Both the position numbers and the translations under genes were made by a program. This document shows positions 18,140-30,040 of a stretch of 32,000 nt of DNA, piece by piece. The notes under the pieces are model-generated. The model worked only from the letters and a program-made list of their open reading frames with translations, was not told the DNA's origin and ran no database searches. Every line of letters begins with the position of its first letter. Position 1 is the first letter of the stretch. The DNA comes from Erysipelotrichaceae bacterium. Its GTDB lineage: Bacteria; Bacillota_I; Bacilli_A; Erysipelotrichales; Erysipelotrichaceae. Location: positions 1,530,001-1,562,000 of the forward strand of contig OY781039.1 in assembly GCA_963676105.1 (NCBI GenBank). The letters are read 5' to 3'.

Positions 18140-18373
18140 ATGGATCTCGCAAGAGGATTAGTAGCAATTGGTGTTGGCTTAGCAGTTATGACAGGTATGA
18201 TGACTGGTTTAGGTCAAGGCTTTGCAGCTGGTAAAGCAGTTGAGGCGGTAGGACGTAATCCAGAAGCCGAAAACAAAATTCGTTCCATGTTGATCTTAGG
18301 TGATGCTTTGGCTGAAACCTGTGCGATCTATGGTTTGTTAATTGCGTTCTTATTAATGTTTGTTTTCCAATAA
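18140..18373 (+). CDS. atpE: F0F1 ATP synthase subunit c
   Basis: 77-aa hairpin protein. Loop GRNPEA. Ion-binding helix ALAETCAIYGL. RBS AAAGGAGG (18123-18130). Confidence 0.95.
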   Translation: MDLARGLVAIGVGLAVMTGMMTGLGQGFAAGKAVEAVGRNPEAENKIRSMLILGDALAETCAIYGLLIAFLLMFVFQ

Positions 18374-18401
18374 GAATTAAGACAGGAAGTGTGGTAGTAA
18401 G

Positions 18402-18911
18402 ATGAATTTAAATATTGATATTGCCGGACAACTGTTTCCTGACCTATTAACGATGATTGTGCAGCTTGCCGCAACTGGCATTCTGTTTTGGGGCTTTAAA
18501 AAGCTATTATGGGTTCCAATTAAGAACTATTTAGCGAAAAGAGCTGAACATGCAGATGCATTGCTTAAAGAAGCACATGATGCGAACTCAGTCGCTCGTG
18601 CTAACCAACTTCAATCTGAAGTTATGTTAACTGAAGCGGCTAAAGAAGCAAAACAAATCATCGAGAACGGCAAAGTTGAAGGGGTACGTCTAAAAGACCA
18701 ACTCATTGAAACAGGAAAAGTTGCTGCCGATGCAAAATTAGAATCAGCTGCGCGTGAAATCGACCATCAACGTCGACAACTCCGTAGTGAAATTGAAGGC
18801 GAAATTGTGGATGTCGCACTTTTAGCTGCATCTAAATTACTTGAAGGGAAAATTGACGAAGCAGAGGATCGTCGTCAGATCCAAAGCATGGTCAAAAATG
18901 TACGTAACTAA
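18402..18911 (+). CDS. atpF: F0F1 ATP synthase subunit b
   Basis: 169 aa. Single N-terminal TM segment followed by a long charged helix. Position within the operon supports the call. Confidence 0.9.
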   Translation: MNLNIDIAGQLFPDLLTMIVQLAATGILFWGFKKLLWVPIKNYLAKRAEHADALLKEAHDANSVARANQLQSEVMLTEAAKEAKQIIENGKVEGVRLKDQLIETGKVAADAKLESAAREIDHQRRQLRSEIEGEIVDVALLAASKLLEGKIDEAEDRRQIQSMVKNVRN

Positions 18912-19447
18912 TGAGTAAGTTAGCGTCACGTTATGCCCAAGCCCTTTACGATTTATCCGTTAGTGATAAATTTGAAGAACAATGCTTAACAGAACTAAAA
19001 ACCATTAAGGATTTATTTGAAGACAATCCTGGTTTAGATGCTTTGTTAGCACAGTCTCAAATCTCTAAGGATGAAAAGAAAAAACTTTTAGATGAAGTTT
19101 TTGGCTGGGCTCACCCATACATTTTGAATACTTTAAAACTGTTGGTTGATAAGCAACGTACGCAAATTACAGTGGATTTGTGTAAAACATATCGTGAGTT
19201 CTACAACGAAGCTCACAATATTATCCAAGGTGTTGCCTACACAACCATTCCCTTAAGTGATGATGAACTACACGCACTTGAGAAAGACATCAGTGATAAA
19301 GAATCGAAGACGATTGAATTGATTAATCGTTTAGATCCTACCCTTGTTAAGGGTATAAAAATTCGCTATGGCGATAAAGTACTTGATGCGTCCTTAAAAG
19401 CACGTGTTCAAGGATTAAGAGATAGTTTAATTGAAGGAAGGTCATAA
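18911..19447 (+). CDS. atpH: F0F1 ATP synthase subunit delta (OSCP)
   Basis: 178 aa. N-terminus [15 protein letters not shown] overlap with atpF. Confidence 0.9.
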   Translation: MSKLASRYAQALYDLSVSDKFEEQCLTELKTIKDLFEDNPGLDALLAQSQISKDEKKKLLDEVFGWAHPYILNTLKLLVDKQRTQITVDLCKTYREFYNEAHNIIQGVAYTTIPLSDDELHALEKDISDKESKTIELINRLDPTLVKGIKIRYGDKVLDASLKARVQGLRDSLIEGRS

Positions 19448-19449
19448 GG

Positions 19450-20972
19450 ATGGAAATTAGACCCGAAGAAATTTCTGCGTTAATTAAAGATCGCATTCAG
19501 CATTACGCAGAAGAAATCGATGAAAAAGATGTTGGTGTTGTCATCAAAGTTGGTGATGGTATCGCTATTGTTAATGGCTTAAGTGATGCCATGGCTGGTG
19601 AACTATTAGACTTTGGTAATGACATAAGAGGTATGGTACTTAACTTAGAAGAAGATTCAGTTGGGTGCGTACTTTTAGGTAGCGATCGAGATATTAAAGA
19701 AGGTGGCACAGTCACACGTACTAAGAAAATTGTTGAAGTTCCTGTTGGGGATCAACTTTTAGGTCGTGTTGTTAATGCCTTAGGTGAAGCCATTGATGGT
19801 GGTCCTGCGATCACATCAAAGAAAACACGTCCAATTGAACGTGTTGCACCAGGTGTTATGACTCGTAAATCTGTTGATGAACCTGTACAAACTGGACTTA
19901 AAATCATTGACTCAATGATTCCAATTGGTCGTGGACAACGTGAACTTATCATTGGTGATAGACAAACTGGTAAAACAGCTATTGCGATTGATACCATCCT
20001 AAATCAAAAAGACCAAGATATGATTTGTATCTACGTTGCGATTGGACAAAAAGCGTCAACCGTAGCGCAAATCGTTGAAAAACTTCGTAGTGAAAAAGCT
20101 CTTGATTACACTGTTGTAGTATCCGCTACAGCAAGTGAATTGGCTCCTTTACAATATATGGCACCATACACAGGTTGTGCGATTGGTGAAGAGTGGTTAG
20201 AACAAGGTAAGGATGTCCTTATTGTTTATGATGACCTCTCAAAACATGCGGTAGCTTACCGTACAATGAGTTTATTACTTCGTCGTCCACCAGGTCGTGA
20301 AGCGTATCCTGGGGATGTTTTCTACTTACATTCACGTCTTCTTGAAAGAGCTTGTCGTTTGAATGAGGAAAATGGTGGAGGTTCAATTACAGCACTTCCG
20401 ATCATTGAAACTCAAGCTGGAGATATTTCAGCTTACATTCCAACCAATGTTATTTCAATTACAGACGGACAATTATTCTTACAAACTGAGTTGTTTAACT
20501 CAGGGGCTCGTCCTGCGGTAGATTCAGGTTTATCTGTTTCTCGTGTAGGTTCTGCGGCTCAAACTAAAGCAATGAAACAAGTTTCTTCAAGTTTAAAACT
20601 TGAATTAGCTCAATATCGTGAATTATTAGCGTTTGCGCAATTTGGTTCTGACTTAGATGCTGCGACTAAATCGGTTATTGATCATGGGGCTCGTTTAACT
20701 GAGTTACTAAAACAAGGTCAATATTCACCTTTAACAATGGCTCATACTGTCATCTCTTTATTTAGCGCAAAACACCGTTTTATTAAAGATGTTCCTGTTG
20801 AGAATATCGTTGAATATCAAGAAACTCTACTAGCAGGATTTGATCGTGATTACGCAGATCTTGTGAAAGAAATCGAAGACAAAGAAGCTATTTCTGAAGA
20901 CTTAGAAATAAAGTTAAAGAAAGCAATGGAAAAATTAACTAAACAATACTTAAAGATGAGTAGTAAAGCGTA

Positions 20973-20973
<1 letters not shown>
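19450..20973 (+). CDS. atpA: F0F1 ATP synthase subunit alpha
   Basis: 507 aa. Walker A GDRQTGKT. Also has [26 protein letters not shown]. Confidence 0.97.
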
Positions 20974-23242
<2,269 letters not shown>

Positions 23243-23245
23243 ATT

Positions 23246-23635
23246 ATGTTTAAAGTCAGAGTGGTTACACCTGAAGCGAGTGAAAGAGACTTCAAATGTA
23301 CACAACTGAATATTGATACACCTAGTGGTCAAATGGGTATTTTAAGTCACCATATGCCACTTGTGACTAAGATTAACATTTCAATGTTGACGACGATAAA
23401 AGATGGTCAACGTGATCGTTATGCGATTTCTGGTGGTGTTCTATTCTTCCAAGATAATGAAGCAACGATTATGGCGGATGCCTTTGAACATGAAGGTGAA
23501 ATCGATATTACACGTGCTGAAAAAGCTAAACAAAGAGCGGAACAACGTTTAAAATCTGCGGATTCTGAAACAGATCTTAAACGTGCTGAACTTGCGCTAA
23601 AACGTGCAATCAATCGTATCAATTTAAAAGGTTAA
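23246..23635 (+). CDS. atpC: F0F1 ATP synthase subunit epsilon
   Basis: 129 aa. N-terminal beta-sandwich followed by a C-terminal helical hairpin (RAEKAKQRAEQRL...). Last atp gene. Confidence 0.9.
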   Translation: MFKVRVVTPEASERDFKCTQLNIDTPSGQMGILSHHMPLVTKINISMLTTIKDGQRDRYAISGGVLFFQDNEATIMADAFEHEGEIDITRAEKAKQRAEQRLKSADSETDLKRAELALKRAINRINLKG

Positions 23636-23636
23636 T

Positions 23637-23834
23637 ATGAACCAATTTGTTTTAATAACACTCTATTTTGTATTCTTTAGCCTCAGTCTATATGCTTTGA
23701 GTGCGATTAATTTTAAAAAGATATTTCACTCAGCAAAAACAACACAATCACAAATTCTTATCTTATTATTAGCAATGTGTATAGCGTACTTATCTGTGCA
23801 ATTTTTACTGGGTTTAACTTTCACTCTTTCTTAA
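23637..23834 (+). CDS. Small membrane protein, DUF1146 (B. subtilis YwzB-like)
   Basis: 65 aa with two hydrophobic helices. Lies immediately after atpC, the position ywzB occupies in B. subtilis. Confidence 0.6.
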   Translation: MNQFVLITLYFVFFSLSLYALSAINFKKIFHSAKTTQSQILILLLAMCIAYLSVQFLLGLTFTLS

Positions 23835-23845
23835 ATTTTTACACA

Positions 23846-23854
23846 TGATATAAT
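23846..23854 (+). promoter_or_regulatory. Extended -10 promoter element upstream of mreB/mbl
   Basis: TGaTATAAT (23846-23854). It is about 33 nt upstream of the ATG, with TAGGAGG (23871-23877) as the SD. The -35 is weak. Confidence 0.5.
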
Positions 23855-23886
23855 AAGTTGTACTAATTTTTAGGAGGCTATTTTTT

Positions 23887-24876
23887 ATGGCATTTTCAAA
23901 AGCCGTTGGCATTGACTTAGGTACAGCAAACGTTCTTATTTATGTAAAGGGCGAAGGGATCGTATTAGACGAACCTTCTGTTGTAGCTATTGAAGTAGAA
24001 ACAAAAAAATCTCTCGCAGTTGGGAACGAAGCTAAAATGATGTTAGGTCGTACTCCAGGTCGAGTTCAAGCAATCCGTCCATTAAAAGATGGTGTTATTG
24101 CTGACTTTGAAGTCACAGAAATGATGTTAGATTATTTCATCAAGAAATTAAAATTAAAAGGGGTTTTCTCAAGACCTACTATTTTAATTTGCTGTCCTTC
24201 AAATATCACATCTGTTGAACGTAACGCGATTCGTGATGCCGCTTACCGCGCTGGTGCGAAAAAGGTTTTCATTGAAGAAGAACCAAAAGTTGCTGCGATT
24301 GGGGCTGGTTTAGATATTTCCAAGCCTACAGGAAACATGGTATTAGACATCGGTGGTGGTACCACTGACGTTGCGATCTTATCATTAGGTGAAATCGTCA
24401 CATCTACATCCCTTAAAATTGCTGGGGATAGAATGGACCGTGACATTATTAAATATGTTAAAGATACATACAAGCTCTTAATTGGAGATCGTACTGCAGA
24501 AACTGTAAAAACAAACATCGGTACTGCATGGCGTGGATCACGTAAAGATTCAATGGATATTTCAGGTCGTGATTTAGTTACTGGCTTACCACATACTATT
24601 TCTATCACATCTGATGAAGTTGAACTTGCGATTCATGAAAGCCTACAAGAAATTGTTCGTGCATGCCGTGTTGTTTTAGAACAAACTCCACCTGAACTTT
24701 CAAGTGATATCGTGACGCGCGGTATTGTCATCACTGGTGGTGGTGCATTACTTGATGGTTTAGATCAAATGTTAATGAATGAACTTGGTGTTCCTGTATA
24801 CGTTGCTGAAAACGCACTCCGTTGTGTGGCTGAAGGTACAGGCATGATGTTAGAAAATATTCACGTTGTATCTTAG
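23887..24876 (+). CDS. mreB: Rod-shape-determining actin homologue MreB/Mbl
   Basis: 329 aa. Actin-fold phosphate motifs GIDLGTANV and VLDIGGGTTDVA. No mreC/mreD follow. Its position after the atp cluster matches B. subtilis mbl. Confidence 0.93.
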   Translation: MAFSKAVGIDLGTANVLIYVKGEGIVLDEPSVVAIEVETKKSLAVGNEAKMMLGRTPGRVQAIRPLKDGVIADFEVTEMMLDYFIKKLKLKGVFSRPTILICCPSNITSVERNAIRDAAYRAGAKKVFIEEEPKVAAIGAGLDISKPTGNMVLDIGGGTTDVAILSLGEIVTSTSLKIAGDRMDRDIIKYVKDTYKLLIGDRTAETVKTNIGTAWRGSRKDSMDISGRDLVTGLPHTISITSDEVELAIHESLQEIVRACRVVLEQTPPELSSDIVTRGIVITGGGALLDGLDQMLMNELGVPVYVAENALRCVAEGTGMMLENIHVVS

Positions 24877-24903
24877 AAAACTACCCACTTGGGTAGTTTT
24901 TTT
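24877..24903 (+). terminator. Rho-independent terminator after mreB/mbl
   Basis: AAAACTACCC (24877-24886) pairs with GGGTAGTTTT (24891-24900) around an ACTT loop. The T run extends to 24903. Confidence 0.85.
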
Positions 24904-24937
24904 GTGGAAAATTTAAAATGATTGCGTATATAAAAGT

Positions 24938-25492
24938 ATGAGAAATTATAATATGCCTGGTATTTTAAGTCACAGATACGACAGTAATGATTTTGATGAT
25001 GTATTAAGAAAGGTACTCCTAAACTATAAAAAACTAATCCATCATCGTCCAATGGATGAAGCATTAGGATTAATATTGAGCACACACAATTATATTGAAC
25101 GCAGTCATTGGAAACACCATCCATTTATGAATGTAAGTGTAGGTGATATCTGTTTCATTGATTTTGGGAGTGCTTATCAATTAGAGGCAGGTTATCAACA
25201 TTTTGGTTTAGTCGTATCACTTAGTTATGGAAAGCTATTTGTTATTCCAATGAGTTCAAATCCACACGTCTATGAACAGGCGTATGATCAAAAAGAGAAC
25301 CCTGAAGGCAAATCACACTTGCTTCGTTTTAAGAAAAGTTGTGGACTCAATCGTAACTCAAGTTTCTTTTTAAATGATGCGAAGTTTATATCATCAGCAC
25401 GAGTGATTGATGTTTTAGGACATCTTGATCAATATGATGATCGATTTAAAGAGATACAGTTTCAGTTATTCAAAACCGTATTTAACAGCTGA
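24938..25492 (+). CDS. Hypothetical protein with a MazF/PemK-like C-terminal domain (residues ~64-184) and a 63-aa N-terminal extension
   Basis: Residues 69-92 ([26 protein letters not shown]) align without gaps to B. subtilis MazF/EndoA [36 protein letters not shown] matches [34 protein letters not shown] matches DSVILLEQIRTIDKQRLTDKITHLD. The start is uncertain: ATG 24938, 24953 or 25127. Confidence 0.55.
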   Translation: [184 protein letters not shown]

Positions 25493-25493
25493 A

Positions 25494-26708
25494 ATGCTAT
25501 ACTTTATCTTGATGAATGAGTGTTATCTAAATCAATATCAAGATCAATCATGGGTCATTGGCGTATCAGGAGGACCTGATTCAATGGCGCTTTTAGATTT
25601 GGCATTTAATTCTAAAATAAGTCTTTTTGTAGTTCATGTTAATTATCATAAACGTGATAGTGCACAAAGAGATCAAGCTATTGTTGAAGCGTACTGCAAT
25701 GAGAAAGGTATTAAGTGTAATACATTTAATGCACCAAAGTTTGAAGTAGGAAACTTTCAAGAAAACGCACGTAACTTTAGATATCAAAAAATGATTGATG
25801 TTTTCAATGAAACTGATGCAGATGCGATTGTCGTAGCACATCACGCAGATGATGATTTAGAAACTTATCTCTTTCAAAAAGATAGACAATCTAATGTTGA
25901 TACTTTTGGCTTAAAGAAAGAGTCTACATTTAAATCTGTGCGATTATTAAGACCACTTTTAGAAATAAGTAAAATTGAATTGATTTCTTATTGTGAAGAG
26001 CATCAAATACCATATGGTTTGGACGAAAGTAATGAAGATATTACATATTCAAGAAATCGTATTCGAAAAGATATTGAGTCTATGTCTAAAAGTGAAAAAG
26101 ATTTATTGTTTATTGAAAAAGAATCTAGAAACTTATCACGCCAAAAATATATAGAAGAAAATAAATTTTTATTAAATAAAACTGATTGTTCTTTAGAAAC
26201 ATTTAATAATCTATCTGATAAGCAACAGTTTATTTTAGAGTGGCTAAAATGGCATAGTGTTAATAAGGCTATTTCAAATGATTTTATCATTGAGCTTATT
26301 CGACAAATTGATGAGGGTGATTCATTTGTGATGCCTGTTGGTGACTTAAGATTTGTTAAACAATATGGAAATTTAAGCTTACTTAAAAATATAATACAAA
26401 AATACGAATATCTTATCGAAAAAGAAGAAGATAGAGAGTACAACGAGTTTAGTATTTCTTTTACAAAAAACAGTAAAAATCACATAAAATTCAGTGATTT
26501 TCCTCTTACAATTAAATCCTGTCAAGGAAATGAGAAAGTCGGTTCAATTAACTTAAATCGTTGGTTTATTAAATATAAAATTCCTTTAGCAAAAAGAGAG
26601 TTGTGGCCTGTAATTTACAATACAAATGGTAAACTAATATATGTAGCGAACCGCTCTTTTATACAGGGGGCAAATGCTAACAAAATCACACTAACTGTGG
26701 TAAAATGA
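25494..26708 (+). CDS. tilS: tRNA(Ile)-lysidine synthase
   Basis: PP-loop VIGVSGGPDSMAL. C-terminal TilS domain (...WPVIYNTNGKLIYVA). The chosen ATG at 25494 is 1 nt after the upstream TGA. ATG 25512 is an alternative. The ORF-track start at 25425 overlaps the upstream ORF by 68 nt and is less likely. Confidence 0.85.
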   Translation: MLYFILMNECYLNQYQDQSWVIGVSGGPDSMALLDLAFNSKISLFVVHVNYHKRDSAQRDQAIVEAYCNEKGIKCNTFNAPKFEVGNFQENARNFRYQKMIDVFNETDADAIVVAHHADDDLETYLFQKDRQSNVDTFGLKKESTFKSVRLLRPLLEISKIELISYCEEHQIPYGLDESNEDITYSRNRIRKDIESMSKSEKDLLFIEKESRNLSRQKYIEENKFLLNKTDCSLETFNNLSDKQQFILEWLKWHSVNKAISNDFIIELIRQIDEGDSFVMPVGDLRFVKQYGNLSLLKNIIQKYEYLIEKEEDREYNEFSISFTKNSKNHIKFSDFPLTIKSCQGNEKVGSINLNRWFIKYKIPLAKRELWPVIYNTNGKLIYVANRSFIQGANANKITLTVVK

Positions 26709-26725
26709 CTCAATATGGAGGCAGC

Positions 26726-27265
26726 ATGCATAAAGATATAGAAACGATATTAATCTCAGAAGAAGACATCGCAAAACGATGCGTAGAGCTCGGTCAAGAA
26801 TTGACTGAATACTATTCAAAAAAAGGTGAAGTTCCACTACTCGTTACTTTGCTTAAAGGAGCAGTTCCTTTTTTAGTTGAACTCTCTAAAAATATTGAGT
26901 TAGATATTGAATTAGACTTTATGGATGTCTCTAGTTATGAAGGAACAGAATCCATTGGTGATGTTCGTATTATCAAGGATTTAGATCGTTCCATTAAAGA
27001 ACAAAGTATTCTCTTAGTTGAAGATATTGTCGACACGGGTCGCACATTAAAATCAGTTAAAGAGTTGCTATACAACAAGGGTGCTAGTGATGTGAAAATC
27101 GTTAGCTTGCTTGATAAGCCATCTCGTCGCGTGATTGAGATAAAAGCTGACTTTGTAGGCTTTGAAATTCCTAATCATTTTGTCGTTGGCTTTGGTTTAG
27201 ACTTTAACGAAAAATTTAGGAATCTACCGTATGTAGGTGTTCTAAAAGAAGAATGTTATTTATAA
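26726..27265 (+). CDS. hpt: Hypoxanthine phosphoribosyltransferase
   Basis: 179 aa from MHKDIETILISEEDI, compared with B. subtilis HprT MMKHDIEKVLISEEEI. GGAGG at 26717-26721. PRPP motif LLVEDIVDTGRT. Confidence 0.92.
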   Translation: MHKDIETILISEEDIAKRCVELGQELTEYYSKKGEVPLLVTLLKGAVPFLVELSKNIELDIELDFMDVSSYEGTESIGDVRIIKDLDRSIKEQSILLVEDIVDTGRTLKSVKELLYNKGASDVKIVSLLDKPSRRVIEIKADFVGFEIPNHFVVGFGLDFNEKFRNLPYVGVLKEECYL

Positions 27266-27282
27266 AGGAGTAATTTTATTTT

Positions 27283-29142
27283 ATGCGTAATCAGAAAATA
27301 ACTTCACTTGTTCCATATCTATTTGTTGTTATGGCACTCATGAGTTTAATGTTTTTAAATCTTAATGGAGATATTCAAGAACTAACAATTAGTGAATATG
27401 ACAAGTTATTAGAGTCAAGTAAAGTTGAAACAACAAATGTAACAATTAGCGATGTCGTTATATCGATTGATGGTTACTATGATGGAGGGGATGATACTCT
27501 TGTTCCTTACACATTAACGGTTCCAAACACTGAACAGAACAATGATACTTGGATGGAAAAAATCTATGCAGGTAGTACAGAAGTTACGGTTCTTGATGCT
27601 TATGAAACCAATGTATTTTGGGATTTAGTTGGACAAATTGTACCGTTCTTATTATTTGGTGCCTTAGCTTTCTTCCTCCTTTCTAGAATGAATGGTGGAA
27701 ACAATAATAAAGCCTTTGAATTTGGACGCTCACGTGCTCGACTTGAAGGGGATATAAAAGTTCGCTTTGATGATGTAGCTGGTTGTGATGAAGAAAAAGA
27801 AGAGATGCAAGAGTTAATTGCGTATCTTAAGAGTCCCAAGAAATTTGAAAAAATGGGAGCACGTATCCCTAAGGGTGTCCTTATGGTAGGTGCGCCTGGT
27901 ACGGGTAAAACTTTATTAGCGAAAGCTGTTGCGGGTGAAGCTGAAGTACCATTCTATTCAATTTCTGGTTCTGACTTTGTGGAAATGTTTGTAGGTGTTG
28001 GGGCATCTCGTGTTCGTGATATGTTCAAAAAAGCAACTCAAACAGCACCTTGTATTATCTTTATTGATGAAATTGATGCCGTAGGTCGACAACGTGGTGC
28101 AGGTTTAGGTGGTGGTCACGATGAGCGTGAACAAACCCTTAACCAATTACTAGTTGAGATGGATGGTATTACAGATAATTCTGGGATTGTCATTGTCGCG
28201 GCAACCAACCGTCCTGATGTATTAGACCCAGCATTACTAAGACCTGGACGATTCGATAGACAAATTACGGTTAGCTTACCTGATCGTAGAGGACGTGAAG
28301 CGATTCTTAAAGTTCATGCGAGAAATAAGAAATTTGGTGATGATATTGATTTAGCAGCACTTGCTAAGCGTACACCTGGTTTCTCTGGAGCTGATTTAGA
28401 AAACGTATTAAACGAAGCAGCAATCCTTGCGGTTCGTGCTAATCGTGAAATCGTTGTGATGGAAGATCTAGATGAAGCGATTGATCGTGTCATTGCAGGG
28501 CCTGCAAAGAAATCTAAAAAATATACTGAAAAAGAAAAGAGATTGGTGGCTATTCACGAAGTGGGTCACACCATCATTGGTTTAAAACTTGATGGTAGTG
28601 ATACCGTTCAAAAAGTAACCATTATTCCTCGCGGTGTTGCGGGTGGTTATAACCTTATGACACCTAAGGAAGAAACTTTCTTACAAACTAAAAAAGACTT
28701 GCTTGCACGTATTACTGGATTATTGGGTGGACGTGTTGCTGAAGAAGTCTTCGTTGATGAAATCTCTACGGGTGCATCAAATGACATTGAACGAGCAACT
28801 CAAATTGCGCGTGAGATGGTTATGACATATGGGATGAGTGATCTCGGTCCAATCCAATATGAACACTCTAGTGGAAATGTTTTCTTAGGTCGTGATTATA
28901 GCGCAACCAAAAACTACTCTGGCCAAGTGGCTTTCGAAATTGACACAGAAGTTAGACGTTTGATTGATACAGCCTATGATTCAGCTAAGAAGATTATTAA
29001 AGAAAACAAGAAACTTATAGAGCAAATTGTTGATGTTCTTATTGAACAAGAAACATTAACAGCTGAGCAAATTGATAATATCGTCGCAGGACGTAAGTTC
29101 AATGAATTTGCTGAAGTCAAAGTTGAAAAGGAAAGTGAATAA
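27283..29142 (+). CDS. ftsH: ATP-dependent zinc metalloprotease FtsH
   Basis: 619 aa with two TM segments. Walker A GAPGTGKT, Walker [13 protein letters not shown] region, and zinc site HEVGH. Confidence 0.97.
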   Translation: MRNQKITSLVPYLFVVMALMSLMFLNLNGDIQELTISEYDKLLESSKVETTNVTISDVVISIDGYYDGGDDTLVPYTLTVPNTEQNNDTWMEKIYAGSTEVTVLDAYETNVFWDLVGQIVPFLLFGALAFFLLSRMNGGNNNKAFEFGRSRARLEGDIKVRFDDVAGCDEEKEEMQELIAYLKSPKKFEKMGARIPKGVLMVGAPGTGKTLLAKAVAGEAEVPFYSISGSDFVEMFVGVGASRVRDMFKKATQTAPCIIFIDEIDAVGRQRGAGLGGGHDEREQTLNQLLVEMDGITDNSGIVIVAATNRPDVLDPALLRPGRFDRQITVSLPDRRGREAILKVHARNKKFGDDIDLAALAKRTPGFSGADLENVLNEAAILAVRANREIVVMEDLDEAIDRVIAGPAKKSKKYTEKEKRLVAIHEVGHTIIGLKLDGSDTVQKVTIIPRGVAGGYNLMTPKEETFLQTKKDLLARITGLLGGRVAEEVFVDEISTGASNDIERATQIAREMVMTYGMSDLGPIQYEHSSGNVFLGRDYSATKNYSGQVAFEIDTEVRRLIDTAYDSAKKIIKENKKLIEQIVDVLIEQETLTAEQIDNIVAGRKFNEFAEVKVEKESE

Positions 29143-29166
29143 CCCCTATCTTTAGGGGTTTTATAT
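29141..29166 (+). terminator. Possible terminator/attenuator hairpin after ftsH
   Basis: AACCCCTA (29141-29148) pairs with TAGGGGTT (29153-29160) around a TCTT loop, then TTATAT. The U tract is short. hslO starts at 29171, so some readthrough is likely. Confidence 0.5.
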
Positions 29167-29170
29167 CGAT

Positions 29171-30040
29171 ATGGACACTTTAGTAAAAGCACTTGCGCAC
29201 GAAGGCGCAATTCGAATCATTGTTTGTGATACAACTGAAACAGTTAAACATGCAGCCAAGGTTCATAATACTTATCCTACATCGTCTGCAGCTTTAGGAC
29301 GTACTTTAAGTGCGGCAGCTTTAATGGGAAGTATGGTTAAAGATGAATACACTAAGATTCATATTCAAATCAATGGCGGTGGACCTGTTGGAACCATCAT
29401 GGCAGATGCCAATGCGAAATGTGAAGTGCGTGGTTTTGTGGCTAACCCTAACGTTTTACTGATCAATGAAAAAACAAATAAACTTGATGTCGGCAAAGCG
29501 GTTGGTTTAGATGGTCACTTAAGAGTGACTAAAGATCTACAACTTAAAGAAAAGTTTACGGGAACTGTTGAACTTCAATCAGGTGAGATTGCTGAAGATT
29601 TTGCTTACTACTTTACAGTATCTGAACAAACACCCTCTGCTGTATCTTTAGGTGTTTTAGTTGATGAGCACAATGAAGTCATAGCGGCAGGTGGATTAAT
29701 CATTCAAATGATGCCGCATGCGAGTGAGACAGATATTCAAATTGCCGAAGATGTGGTGTCACACTTAAAACCAATATCAACGATGATTCAGGAAGGGATG
29801 ACACCTCATGAGATTGCTGAAGCACTCTTTCAGGATGTGACTGTTTTATCTAAACAAGAAGTGAGCTTTAAATGTGACTGTAGTAAAGAACGTATGTTTG
29901 AAGCACTCCATACACTTAAGAAAAATGAATTATTAGAAATGATTGAAGAAGATCACGGAGCTGAACTCAGCTGTCATTTCTGTAATACTAAATACGCCTT
30001 TACAGAAGAAGAATTGAGATCTTTAATAGAAGCATCATGA
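29171..30040 (+). CDS. hslO: Redox-regulated chaperone Hsp33
   Basis: 289 aa starting MDTLVKALAHEGAIR. C-terminal zinc/redox switch CDCS...CHFCNTKY. Confidence 0.92.
   Translation: MDTLVKALAHEGAIRIIVCDTTETVKHAAKVHNTYPTSSAALGRTLSAAALMGSMVKDEYTKIHIQINGGGPVGTIMADANAKCEVRGFVANPNVLLINEKTNKLDVGKAVGLDGHLRVTKDLQLKEKFTGTVELQSGEIAEDFAYYFTVSEQTPSAVSLGVLVDEHNEVIAAGGLIIQMMPHASETDIQIAEDVVSHLKPISTMIQEGMTPHEIAEALFQDVTVLSKQEVSFKCDCSKERMFEALHTLKKNELLEMIEEDHGAELSCHFCNTKYAFTEEELRSLIEAS

Noticed and set aside
24873-25124. An 83-aa minus-strand ORF lying exactly opposite the N-terminal extension of the MazF-fold ORF. It could have been a divergent small gene, for example an antitoxin.
   Set aside because: It would have to read through the mreB terminator hairpin and into the mreB stop. 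Its translation is Cys/Tyr/Phe-rich and not protein-like, and it has no SD. The plus-strand frame looks more like a real helical peptide. It remains a caveat for the start of the MazF-fold ORF.
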